The notes under the pieces were generated by a model. It had not been told where the DNA came from. It worked only from the letters and a program-made list of their open reading frames with translations, and made no database searches. 64,000 nucleotides of DNA, taken from positions 3,348,001 through 3,412,000 of the forward strand of contig JBHGNT010000007.1 in NCBI GenBank assembly GCA_043228905.1, written 5' to 3'. This document shows, piece after piece, positions 49,860-62,594 of this stretch; position 1 is the stretch's first letter; every line of letters begins with the position of its first letter. Made by a program: the position numbers and the translations under genes. This DNA comes from Azolla caroliniana (lineage: Eukaryota > Plantae > Polypodiophyta).

Positions 49860-52193
49860 AGTAAGATTTTCAACACCTCAACTTACATAAAGGAAACTAG
49901 GCACCTGACAATGTGAAGAGGCACATTTTTCTTTTTCGTCTTAGGAATCATACAGTTGCTCCTTGATTTATAAATATCATAAGCCTATACTATAGTGATG
50001 AGTGAATGTAACTTTTTGAGTAATTTGTTCATCAAATTACATTGAATCACACGAGTGTAATTTACTATTGACTATTGTGCATCCATGCAATTCACCTCCA
50101 ACTTTCTCATTAAATTCCACAAGAATGGAAATTTCATGATGATCTAAAAATGATCATATATGTCATGACACATTATCAATAGAAACTATATTATTTGAGA
50201 AAAAAGAAATAGTTGGGGCTATATTGTAATGCCTTTCTTTGGTATTGGAGAGATCGCATCAATTAGATTGGATGCATTATCCTTTATTACGTCTGTCTCT
50301 TACCAATAGGCCATGAGAGTGAGGTGTACCAACTTGCCATCAACAACTCAATGGCCATATATAAATATGTAATTATTGTCTACAGTAAACCAATTTCAAT
50401 CTATGAGAAGTGGTCTAGCCCAACCAATCAAGTGAACCTAGGCCAAGTGTTGTCGAAACCCATTTGAGTTTGTCTGCTCAAGGCATTTTGGTAAAAATAT
50501 TGTAATGATGATATATGAAGATGTTGGACCCTAGCTCCAATGTAGTCTTAGTGTATTTCAATGTGCATGCCACACCAAGTTTTGCAAAAATTGTATGATA
50601 CTCATGTCATCGCACAAGATTCAAACTAGTCTACGAAAGTGGATTTTAAAATCCATTAGAACTTGCTTAGTCACATGACTTCACATGCGAACAACCCATG
50701 CACCCCTATTCACCATCGTTGTTCTCAACTAAACCACAATTGGTTAATAGTTGCTAATGTAGAAGGAAGCCCAATTTCATAAGTTGACCAAGCGACCAAT
50801 CTAGTCAACATCCAAAAACACCCAGTCATTACATGGTTAAACTAGAAGATAGTCATGGTTTCATTTAGTGTCCAATTGCTTATCAAATTTAGAAGGTTTT
50901 GTGATGTTATTATTTGGCCCCAAAACAATAGATTTTCCTATTATTTACATAACTTGGCATGAAGATAGATGTAGAAACCACTTCCCTCTTTTGAGGCACT
51001 AAGGAATTTGTAGTGATGTGGCATTCTATTTATTGGAGCAAATCAAAATTCTCTTTAACAATCAACAACAGTTTGGTTTGAACCAAATCGCAAAAATACA
51101 ACTTAACGATTTAATTGATTCAGTTTTTTTTAACAGTTCAGGGTTTGGGGTGTGAACTACTCGGTTTGATTCAATCCACTAAGTTTTATGACTTTGATCC
51201 GACAATGTAAAAACCACCAAGCAAACAGCTAAAGAGAGCTTATTAAAGAGTAGAAAAGCTTATATCTTTATGAGAGAGATGGCGAGTCACTTGATCTTAT
51301 GCAATTTGAAAATTTTATGAGATTTTTAAGCCGAAGTACAAATGTGATACATGCTCTTAATTCTCGAAATAGACCAACTTCCAAATGATTATAGAACATA
51401 GATGATACATGCTTAGAGTTGAAATAGAAATCTCATATCGACCAGCAGGAAATTAATTCAATGATTTTACATTCCCGACTTCCCACCCTACACCATATCA
51501 AAGGACGATGGGAGTTCATTAAATATCAAAACAAAAAAATGTTAGACAATGGGCTAAAACAATATACAGTGTTCTTTGGTGTGGGAAGTGTATTTGAAAG
51601 TATGCACACATGTGTTCCTTATATTCCATAATCTGGATATTGACACATCAACCTCAATAACTGTTGGATATTTAATATTCTCCACCCAAAATCCTGATAT
51701 TATGTGATTCCTTTGGCAAAGAAATACAAATTTTCCATTTTCTTTTTTTCTTAAAAATGAGACATTCACCACCTCTAAAGTGAATAGAGACAAAAGGATT
51801 ACAATCCCTTTAAATTCGACTGGGAACTCGATATAGGCTAATTAGTGATACATTTCACAGCTACTAACAAATCATTTGATACTCACACGAGAGTACATAT
51901 ATGCATGATGGAGACTAGCCTTATGTCAAACAATAAATTCCATGTCAGCCAAGAGCTATATTCTTATACCTCATAGGTAAACTTGAATGTCACTCTCTCC
52001 TTTTCTTAAAGGCAATAATGAAATTGAATCTCTCAAAATCCTGAAAGAAAGCTTAAGAAGAAAGAAGGTTAAAAGCACACAAAAATATATTCGCAGCAAA
52101 ATATATAGCAATCAGTTTACTTGCTACTACTCACCAAGATATTTCAGCCTCTTTGATTTACAAAAAGATGGGGTTCCTCTTAGAAATGCCAGA

Positions 52194-54817
52194 CTATCGG
52201 TAGACATATTCAACTGTGATTTGTCTGCCAGCAAGACATGATCTGGAAGAAGAAAAATGTGGAAGAAAATGTTAGGTTCTTGTTCACTCTATAGTCTTAT
52301 TTATCTAGAACCCATTACTCGTAAGCCCTTCGCACATTCCTCATCAACTACATGGCAGTAAAAGACAAATCCTGAAGTTTTTATACAGCCACGTTCTAAT
52401 CTAGGAATGAAGGTCTAAACAATTTTTACCTCAATGTAAAAGGGAGCAATGCATTTTATTTTGTGATATTTATTTCTATAACGAACCATTGCATACTAAA
52501 ACACGGATTATGGACTTGCTAGTGTAGGATTTTGTTTGAAATGCTCTAAAATCCTATAAGAATCTTTAATCTCGCGTCACTGACATATTGCTAGAAACTT
52601 GCATCTTATACATGTGGTCAGCTTAGCCCTTGTCAGCAGAAACGAGCAAAACAGGGAGAATTTTCACCTGTGGAGATTCCGCTTGGCTGTTACTGCCTCT
52701 GCCTCACTGGCATAGCTGATTGTGAACGTATCTCCTCTTTCATTTTTCTTGAAATCCTGAAAGAAATTTCAGCTTATTTCAATTCCTTTTTAAATGGTTA
52801 TCAGTATTATTGCCCTACAATCTGGGCTTCAAAATCAAGAGCATGTGTGCACGAGTATGTAGAAGAGCCAGAGATTTAAGTATGACAAAAAAAACTATTC
52901 ATTGATTGCTAAAGTAGAATATAAATGTGTAAAATCCTACACATACCATAGTCCACTTGTCTCTTCTATTTGAAAATTATGAGCCATACAAAACTGCAGT
53001 GACTGATTCCCATAAGGGATAAATTCTTCTGATTTGTCGATTTTAACTATTATTTTATGGCATATACACGAGCATACAAGTGTAAATGTCACATAAACAT
53101 GTATGTACATGTATATATGGCACATAAACATAAACACACCTCATTCATCAAGTGATCAAGCTCACTCTTGGATCATGTGATGTTGCACAATGGAAATAAC
53201 CATTCCAGAGTCATTCTCCATATTCAGTTCTAGCATGCACATTCTATCAAAATCATGATCATTGAATTCGCTGGAATTTTCTATTATCTCATGCATGGTT
53301 TAATGTAATATTAACTGCAGTTTTGTTACTTGTTGGAGCACCATTTGACTGAATTAATAGGATACTGGTGCAAAAGCCCCAACTAACCTCTTGTCATGTA
53401 ATCTCTCACCAGTGTGCCTCTGCTTTGGGTTATCAGGATACAGATAGCATGTGTGAGAGGGAGAATGTGGTGTAATTAGTTTAAAGAGGTAGATAAATTT
53501 TGTTATCATCCTCAGAGGACAAATATGATCTATGGGATCAAAGTGAAATATTTTCATGATGTGTCTGTGGGCTTGATTACTGCCCCTTGATGCTCAAGAA
53601 TTTTACATATGAAAGTTGTGATTAAAAGCGTGCAGTAGTATTAAGAGATAAACGTGTCTAGGGCTAGGACTAATTGAAAATCTGGGAAAAGCAAACTCAA
53701 ATGTGGTCAAAGATGGAGGATTGGTGTACACTCTAGAGTGTGAAGGTCGCAAACTTGTTTCGGGTGAAATATGCCTAGTTGGAATTCCTCATTTGTACCC
53801 TAACGACACATCTCTCATTCAATAAAATATGAGGTGAGTCATAAGTAAGCAATGGTTTGCATAGTCACACGAACATAGCAGAAATTCATTGAATCCAAGA
53901 GCCCACACATGACAACATGTGTTAGTTTCAGAGTGAGCAACCCCGTTGGCCCAAGATAAGGAAGACTTTCACAGCAGAAATCCACAGATTCCAGGAGGAG
54001 AGAAAATACATGCAAACAAGTTTACACCTCAAAAGGGCCCTATAGTGATTACGCATGAGAGAATAGGAAAAGGGTAGTAATAAGAAACTTGCTTTAATCC
54101 GAAACAGACAGAACATTTTCATTTGAAGTTCGAATTAACTTCTCATTCAAGTTATAGAATTTCACCCCATCAAGCACTTTCAAATGAATCAACATACTGT
54201 AAGGTTTTAATGAGTGCGTCTTTTTCCATGTTCAAGGAGTACATGTTTAGAAACACCGATACAGATACATACAAATGCAACTGATGAAAATTAGGATAAT
54301 TATTATGGGAATTTTTACATATGCTGAATAATTAGTCTTACGCAGTTTAGAATGGTGAAATAAATATATAAGCTTGTAATTAGCATTACATATAAATACA
54401 CTTGCCTGTAGAAACAAAATGACAACTGTATTTCACATTCCGCAACAGCAGAGATTAGTACATTTACAAGGAGACAGGTGTTTAAACCCTGATAAGTGGA
54501 CAGCTTAGGCTACACAACATCTATAGTAGATTATATTTTGTCTACCTTTTAGTGCCCATAATTGCATTGCAGCATTTGGTGGGCCTCTATAACTAGTTCC
54601 TTTACCCTCAATACAGATAAGTAGATCAAAATTTAGGATAAACAAGTAATAAGCACATGCAAATGTATATATTCAAACACATATAAATGCATATGCACAT
54701 TCCTAGAAGCAGATATAAGGCAAACCCCTAATGCATAAAAATGGCATTCATTACTTCACACGATTTTTTGACCACATGTAGAGATGATAAAAATGTTGAA
54801 AGCACATGCAATATATA

Positions 54818-54853
<36 letters not shown>

Positions 54854-57800
54854 TGTATGTATGTATGTATGTATGTATGTATGTATACCCCAAATGCATA
54901 AAAAATATCTTTCAATACTTCAACCGTTTTTTGGATCACGTGTGGAGATGAATCATATATAGAATTGATAATACACTCAGGAAAAAGAAATAAACTAGTC
55001 ACCATTCTCTAAGATTTCCTTACATAAACATTAAAAAAATCCCAACAATCATTGTTTGTTAGAGACTGGACTGGATCTTCTGGTACTTACAGTTATTTTG
55101 CCAAGCTTCTCAAAGGCCTCAACCACAGTTGACATAGAAGTGTCATCGGGCAGTCCACTGACAGCCAGTATTCTGAAAAGAGAACAATCATTCCAGTAAC
55201 TTAGACCTAGATATCTTTAGTTGCCCAAAACATTGCTTCCATGGAAATTGAGAAAATTATTTGAATACATATGGAAATAATAACAGGGAAAAACTCATAA
55301 ATACCCCATGTTTTATTATTCCCCAAAATACCCCGAAGATTTTGATACTTCCCCTAATGATCTTGGTCACATTAATATATATTCATCCCATGTTCTTCTC
55401 TTTCAGGGGCTGATTGACCTGATACATTTGGGGAGTTAACAAAAACATTAGAGCATTTGGGAATGTGAGAAAGTGCAGGGTACTTTGGAGTTTTTCCTGT
55501 AAAAATATCTAAATATATGGAACCTGCTTTTCCGTATAGGTTGATGTAACTTGACAACATTGTTGCCAGAGATTGTATTCACAGAAGCATCCACATCTTC
55601 ATCTTGGGCAACCTTCGACCGTGAAGATGGTCCTAATCGTGCAGCAAGACTTGATGATCGAGATGTCTCTTGTAAAGATGCTGGTTTAGACTCGTATATT
55701 TTTTTATTCTTCTCCTTTCCAGATTTGGAAACATTACTTAATGTTGTATCTCGATCATATTTACGATTATATGGCAACCCATTTCTTAGCATTCTCTCTC
55801 TCTCAATTTTCCACCTTGCATCATAAATCTCATTATGGTCAATGTTTCCATCTGACAAGGAAGGAGATGAAGTCACATTATAGAGTTCAACTTCATCTGC
55901 ATTAAAGTGTCGAAAGTTTGGACTAAGGGGTATCCCTGGCGGCCCTATGCCTCCATGTATTTGATTATTAAGAGTTCCTCCATCTCTTCCCCACATACTA
56001 TTTCGAATGTTGCGTCCACGCATATGATCCTTTTTGTGATGATGTAGCATAGAATCTGGTGGCCAACTGAACTGCCTTCCATTACCAGATGATTCTGTTT
56101 CTCCCCCAGACTTACTACTATTGGGACCCAATCTCCCTACTTTATGGATAGGTCTTTGACCCCTCATAAAATGTTCCATTCTTCCTAGTATCATATCAGA
56201 TGGTGGAGGCGGTGGTGGTGGTGGTGGCGGAAAATACTTAGGAATATGTGCTCTTGGACGAAGATTATCAAAAGCCAAAAATGGATTCACTACACCAGAT
56301 CCTATAGGTGGAGTCAAAGGATGATGCATAGCATTTGCAAGAGTTTCTTGCGCCAGATGCAGTGCATGAGTTCTCAGAAGGTGTTCTTGAGCTAGCATTT
56401 CTTGGAGATGAACCTATCATTCACAAGGGAGAAATAACGAAAAGCTATGTCAGAACTTGGAATAAAAATTTGGTGAAAACTTCAAAAAATACACTCCCAA
56501 GTTTTACTTTATTTCCCAAAAGCCCGAGTTCTCCTTTACCAAATTTCCTTGGTCAACTCACTCTATGTGCTATTTGAGCAATCAGATCGTTCCATTTTCT
56601 CAATCATATGGCTACTTGAGCAACAAAATGATGAACCCATTCCTGTTTTCTCGCTTTCAGGGATTGACAGGGGACATTTAGGGAAATAATGAAAACATTG
56701 GGGTGCATTTCAGAGATCCTACCTACGAAATTATCCCTTAAGATACCAGAAAACTAATCACTGTCTCCAAATATATAATAGACCAATCAAAAACTAGCAA
56801 TTACATGGGGCCTTCCAATCCCTCCAAAGGGACCAAATCCTTGAGGCATTCTGAAAGGCCTTCCAGGACCCATTATTCCAGGGGCTAAATTTCCTTGGCC
56901 CAACCCTATCATCCTCGTGTTCACACCCCGGCCACCTGCTTTGTTGGAGAACACCCATATTATTATTGGGACATTGAGAACGAGACCATCCAATGTATAA
57001 TAGCAAAAAAAAATTAAAAAATTATTATTATTATTAACCTGAATTTGGAAAGCCAATGAGATTCTCCATTGTTTTTTCACTGAAAATAAACTAGATTAGT
57101 ATATGATTAGCTTATATGTATAAAACTATAGTCAGAATGATCTGGATTCTGTACCAAATGTAATTTATACTCATGGCCTTACCAAATTAAGTAACTGCAT
57201 GTACAGTGAGCTATATAAAAGTGAATGACAACGCAGATATATATCAAATCAGCGTAACAAAATTGATAACAAAAAATATAAAACTAGAGCATTCAAGTGC
57301 AAATCTACAAAATACCACAGCTTCAGAAAATGCATATACTCTAGGAAAAGATTAAATGAATTCCAGTTCCAATCTGAATAGAATCAATATATTCTTTATT
57401 TCATAATTAGTTCATCAACTGAATTAAGCTCTGATAATATCCTCTTAGACTCTGGCTGAATTTTAAAATGTGCAAAGAATTTCAGCTGTACACAAACTTT
57501 GAAAATGATTTGGATCTGATACACAGACATCTGATCCTATGGAGATGAATTCTAACAAAAAGTGACAACATTTTCTTTTCTCCTACAATAAAAATATATT
57601 GTGTTTCTAAAGCACGAAGAAAATTGAGTAAACTTTCTAATTTCAAGCAGTATTATACTTCGACAATAGCAAAACAACAGCGATTCGAATATAATTTCCT
57701 CTAGTCACAAGATAAAGACAATCACCAACAAGAATCTTGAAAGGCTTGTGCATTCAATTTGGTGACACCACAAGAACAAGAAACATTATAAGATCTTGGA

Positions 57801-59562
57801 AATCCGCAATCTTCAAAAGTAAAGCATTTTAAAATCCTGGTTCAAACTTGACAATTCAAACCTTTTTCCCTCTAGCTACATAATTTACAGATGATAAAAC
57901 AACAAACCCTACCTTGCTGAAGTGTAAGGTTGAAGACCTTCGAAACACGCCTCCTCTCCTTCCGTCTTGTAATTTCTCTTACCTTCACTACTTATATGTT
58001 TCTCAACCATAGAAAAAGCTTTTCTTTTTTTCTTTTCTGGACCATGAATTTCATTACAAGTTCCACCTTCTGTACCATTTTCATAACTCTGAGGCTGCTT
58101 AAAGCCAGAAACAATCACCATGAGTACTCTTAAACTCTCTGTTACAAGATCCTAAAGGATGATCGATACATCAACATAGGAAATGTTTAAATCAAACATT
58201 CAAATCATTGAGTATGCAAATGACAATAAAAAATGCTGCTTTCAAGTGTATTTGAAATTGGGAAAACAAAATAATGTGTCATACTCTTCAATAACATATT
58301 CTCTGGGAAGGATGAAGCAGGACAGAGCCACGTTTTTTCTATAAAGTATTGCTTAAGACTCAAAATTATTGAAACTAAGTGAAGAAAGAACAGCAAAAGA
58401 TTTTGTATGCAAAGTTTCACAATATTGAAAATGCTAATACAGAGAGATACAAAAAATTTGTTTTCTATTCAAAGTAAGTCCAAAGTTATTATGCAAACCT
58501 ACCTCCTTATGTGTTCTGGAGGCAATCATCTATGTACTAAAAAACTCAAACATTCACTTGTCCAAAAAACCACACCTGATACCAATCTGGGGCTTCACTT
58601 CGTTTTGCTTTTGCAAAATCCTTCTTATGTGACACGACACAAAGGAGAGATTTCTTGAAATTATTGAAACTGAAGAATTTATACAAATCCTTTCTTTATT
58701 TACAGGATCAAAAAGGAAGAGCTTCCTGATATACTTGAAAGGTGGAGATTTTTGCAAATCCTTTCTTTCTTTACATGAACACAAGGAGAAGATTATTGAG
58801 ATACTTGCAAGTTAAGGATTTCCCAGCATCTGAGAGACGTAGTGGTCCCATTGTAGCATACATTTTGGAATATGAATAGCGCACAAGGTATTCTCCGATT
58901 CATGAAATTTCCTCCTCTCTCTCATACTCTCCCTCCCTCTCTCTCTCCGGATGACAATGTATACTTCTTCTTTACAATTCTTCTTCTTCTTCTTTAGCCA
59001 CATGACAATGTGGAAGTATATGGAGATGCAAAGTTACTTGCTAAGAAACTGAAATCTGTCCTAAATGGCATTGAAGAATTATGTGCAGAAACATTGACGG
59101 CATCATCTAGAATCAATGCATGGTCTGTGCCACAACATCTAGCTCAGATCTAAGATTCTGATGTTTCTCGAAGGGAAAAGAAGTGATGGAAAAACAATGC
59201 TGGAAATTCTTACGTTTCCATAGACTAGTGGAGTTGTATATGGAAGAGAATAGACTTTTAAATCTCTGCTAAAAATGACAACCTTGGAAGCTTCTAATAA
59301 AGATATGCGAAACAGTTCATGGGGAGAAGAGTGATAGAAAAGTATGACGATGCTAAGAATAATCCAATTTTGCATAGCATCAATGGCCATCGCATAGGGA
59401 AATAAACCTCGAGATCTCTGCTAGAATTGGCCAAGTTTAGAGAAATAGTAGTAGTAAAAATAAACAAACGAAAACAGAAACAAAAAATGAGCAGTTTTGG
59501 AAGCTAAAAACGCTGCTTAGAATGGGAGAGAGAGGGAGAGAGGAGAGGATAAGAGAAGATAT

Positions 59563-59620
<58 letters not shown>

Positions 59621-60137
59621 TATATATGAAGAGATATGATTGTATCAGTACCATAGCTGTTTCGTCAAGCTCTCCATCTTCTAGTTCTCGCTTAATGCTC
59701 ATATCTTCTTTCTCACCAAGTTTTCTATCCTCAGAAACCATTAAGTTTTGGATCCTACCATTAAATTCTTCTTTTTCTTCACTTTCTCTGTGTTCACCGT
59801 GGAAAGCTTTGATCTCATTCTTTTCCAAACTTTGACCTGAAAATTCCATAGTCTTCTCATTGCCAGAAATCGTGGTCTTCTCGAAATCCCCATTACCGTG
59901 GTGGTTTTCTGAAGATCGATCTTTCTCTGCACGAATATCCCATGAGCTTCTTACATGACGAGGATCGCTGGCGACTTCATCTTCTACCTCTGCGTCCTCT
60001 TCGTTATACTCGTACTCGTAGTCTGAGACTTCGAAATCCACGAGCTCCTCATCTTTCAGTTCTTCTTCACCGCCGCCGCCTCCTCCTCCTCCTCCTTCTT
60101 CTTCTTCTTCTTCTTCTTCTTCACCGATCATAGCCAT
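52194..60137 (-). CDS. multi-exon low-complexity protein with C-terminal RNA-recognition motif (RRM)
   Basis: Proposed exons: 60137-59652 (acidic/Gly N-terminus, ELEDGEL), possible 27-nt microexon 58529-58503, ~58151-57983, 56935-56805 (Gly/Pro-rich), 56413-55524 (poly-Pro), 55172-55091 (ILAVSGLPDDTS..FEKLGKI), 52756-52668 (FTISYASEAEAVTAKRNLH) and 52242-52194 (LAGRQITVEY*). The 3' junctions are in phase with GT-AG; the middle junctions are less certain. Confidence 0.8.
54812..54886. repeat. (AT)n(ATGT)n microsatellite in an RRM-gene intron
   Basis: Direct read of the sequence. Confidence 0.95.
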
Positions 60138-60321
60138 GTCAATCTGTGCGTATGTGTGACTGACGAAGAAAGATAAATATGTGCGTTTGATCTCAGAAAA
60201 GGAATTCTTCAGTGATGAGTAGAGAAGTGTCGCAGGGAGAGGGAGGGAGAATGAGAGATGGAAAACGATGGATTTCAAGAGGGGAACGAAAGGCCAGAAT
60301 AGGGAGATGGAGAGCTATGTG

Positions 60322-60361
<40 letters not shown>

Positions 60362-60589
60362 AGACGATGCGAAGGTGGATGTTATGCAGAGCTTCCATGG
60401 CTGCTTGCAGGGGGAGGAGGAAACATGGCGATGGTGATGGTGATGGTGATGAAAGGGAATGAGAAGGGTACATTGTGGTAATTTTGGAAACCTGTGTTTT
60501 GTTGGAGGGGACGATGGGGGGTGTAAGGAGGGCATTTCTTGTAATTTTGGAAACCTTCTACTATTTATTGAATTCTTAGGGGGTATATT

Positions 60590-61300
60590 AGATGTACATG
60601 TACATGTACATACGTGTGTGTGTGTGTGTAGTGTGATTATGATGATGATGGCCTCCATGAATGAATGTACGGATGGATGGATCATGGATGGTAGGTATCA
60701 AACGTGGTCGTAACGAAGAATAGGGTTAGGGTTAGGGTTAGGGTTAGGGTTAAGGTTAAGACATCGAGAGCACACGCACTACACAATAGCATACACACAT
60801 GTACATATGTGTGTGTGGTGTGATGACGACGATGATGATGGCCTCCATGAATGAATGGATGGAAGGATGGATGGATGGATGGATGGTAGGTAGGTATCAA
60901 ACATGGTCATAACAAAGAATAGGGTTAAGGTTAGGGTTAGGGTTAAGACATCGAGAGCACACGCACTACACAATAGCATACACACATGTACACGTGTGTG
61001 TGTGTGTGTGTAGTGTGATGATGATGATGATGGCCTCCATGAATGAATGAATGGATGGATGGTACGTATCAAACGTGGTCGTAACGAATAATAGAGTTAG
61101 GGTTAAGACATTGATAGCACCGATAGTATATACACATGTACATATGTGTGGTGTAGTCTGATGATGACGATGACAATGGCCTCCATGAATGGATGGATGG
61201 TAGGTATCAAATGTGGTTGTAACGAAGAATAGAGTTAGGGTTAGGGTTAGGGTTAAGACACCGAGAGCACACACACACAACACAATAGCATATACATATA
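60590..61300. repeat. compound tandem satellite (~150-200 bp unit, 4 copies) containing (TG)n, (GAT)n, (GGAT)n and (TTAGGG)n
   Basis: Each unit has ..gatggcctccatgaat..ggatggta.gtatcaaa..gtggt..taac.aa.aatag(g)gttagggtt..aagaca; TTAGGG runs at ~60721, 60921, 61096 and 61234. Confidence 0.93.
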
Positions 61301-62594
61301 CCATTGCCTTCCCCCTGCCAAGTGCGGTGCTCTCCGACAAGAAGTCAAGTGCATGCGGAGACGAGCACTACAGAGCCGAGGAATTAGCATTGGTTCCTGG
61401 GAAGAATCTCAAATCATTGAGATCAATGGTACGCTCAATAGTGATGGCAACAAAGAAATTTGACAAACACACGTCAACGATCAAGAATTAATATAAAGCA
61501 AGTTGCATTTGACCCATTTCCATTGCCTTCCATACAATAAAATTTTAAATACATTGGCAAACCATGATATGTACGAATTTTCCCTACAACTTTGACGAAT
61601 GTGGCCAAATTTGTATGGCACTTGACGATCCCGAGGAAACAATGCTTGTTGAGGAATTGTTGGTTTCGGTGGCAATAATAATGATGTTTGTATTGGAAAC
61701 AGGTTGAAACTAAATTCTAGTGATCATCTTTGAAGTCTTTAGATCGTGTATTCTAAAATTCGTGCAAATCCTCCTCGATGGTTTTGCAATACTCAAAACA
61801 CAGAAGAGGGACATTTGAAAAACCCTAGTGTTGTACTAAAGTACAAGTAAGTTCAAATGTGATAGGGCATGCGCCTATAGTATCTATTGAAATTTCAACA
61901 TGTCTCATTGTAAAGAATGGATTGATGGACACATAGAAGGTAACAACTATCGTAAAGACACTAACAACAACAAAATAAAAAGGAACTTTCTAGGTTATTT
62001 GGAACGATTTATGTGCAATATAGAATGGCATGATATCATGCATATTTGGCCACATATTAATGTGTCAAACTATATTTCATTCTATGAAAAAAGAGGATAC
62101 AACATACAAAGAGCTAACGTTGCAAGTTGCAACTTGTGTAGTGTGGAACTTGGGTAGGATCTCGAAATAACCAAGGTCTTCATATGCCAACCAATAATAC
62201 TTAAGATGGTGCACAATTTTGTCCCTATCTCTCAACATGTTCTTGAAATCTCTATGTGCCATCCTTATTAAGAAGTTTCCTAAAATGGATTGCCCAATCC
62301 ACGGAAGCTCTCTATGTTGATAACACAATGAAATCATGAGGTATTGTATTGGTTATGCTCAACCATAGCCACCTCACACGATACAAAAGAACATCTCCTT
62401 GGACTAGAATCAGGCAAAAAATTTGCCAAACAACTTGCTTGCTAAAATTAAAAGATTGGACATAGTCATCTTGTAGTTGTTAACATACACAAACTAAATT
62501 ATCGACAAGTTCATGGGATCAATTTGTTGTGGTTAATTCTGGAAGATATGCCAAGATACACATTTCGGGGTGGATTAAGATAAGTAGGCACTAA

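Noticed and set aside
60721-60760. True chromosome end
   Set aside because: The telomere-like runs are short, embedded in a repeated unit and flanked by a gene and TE sequence.
60212-61340. ORFs with poly-His and LTLTLT tracts
   Set aside because: Translations of (GAT)n and (TTAGGG)n repeats in the satellite and upstream region.
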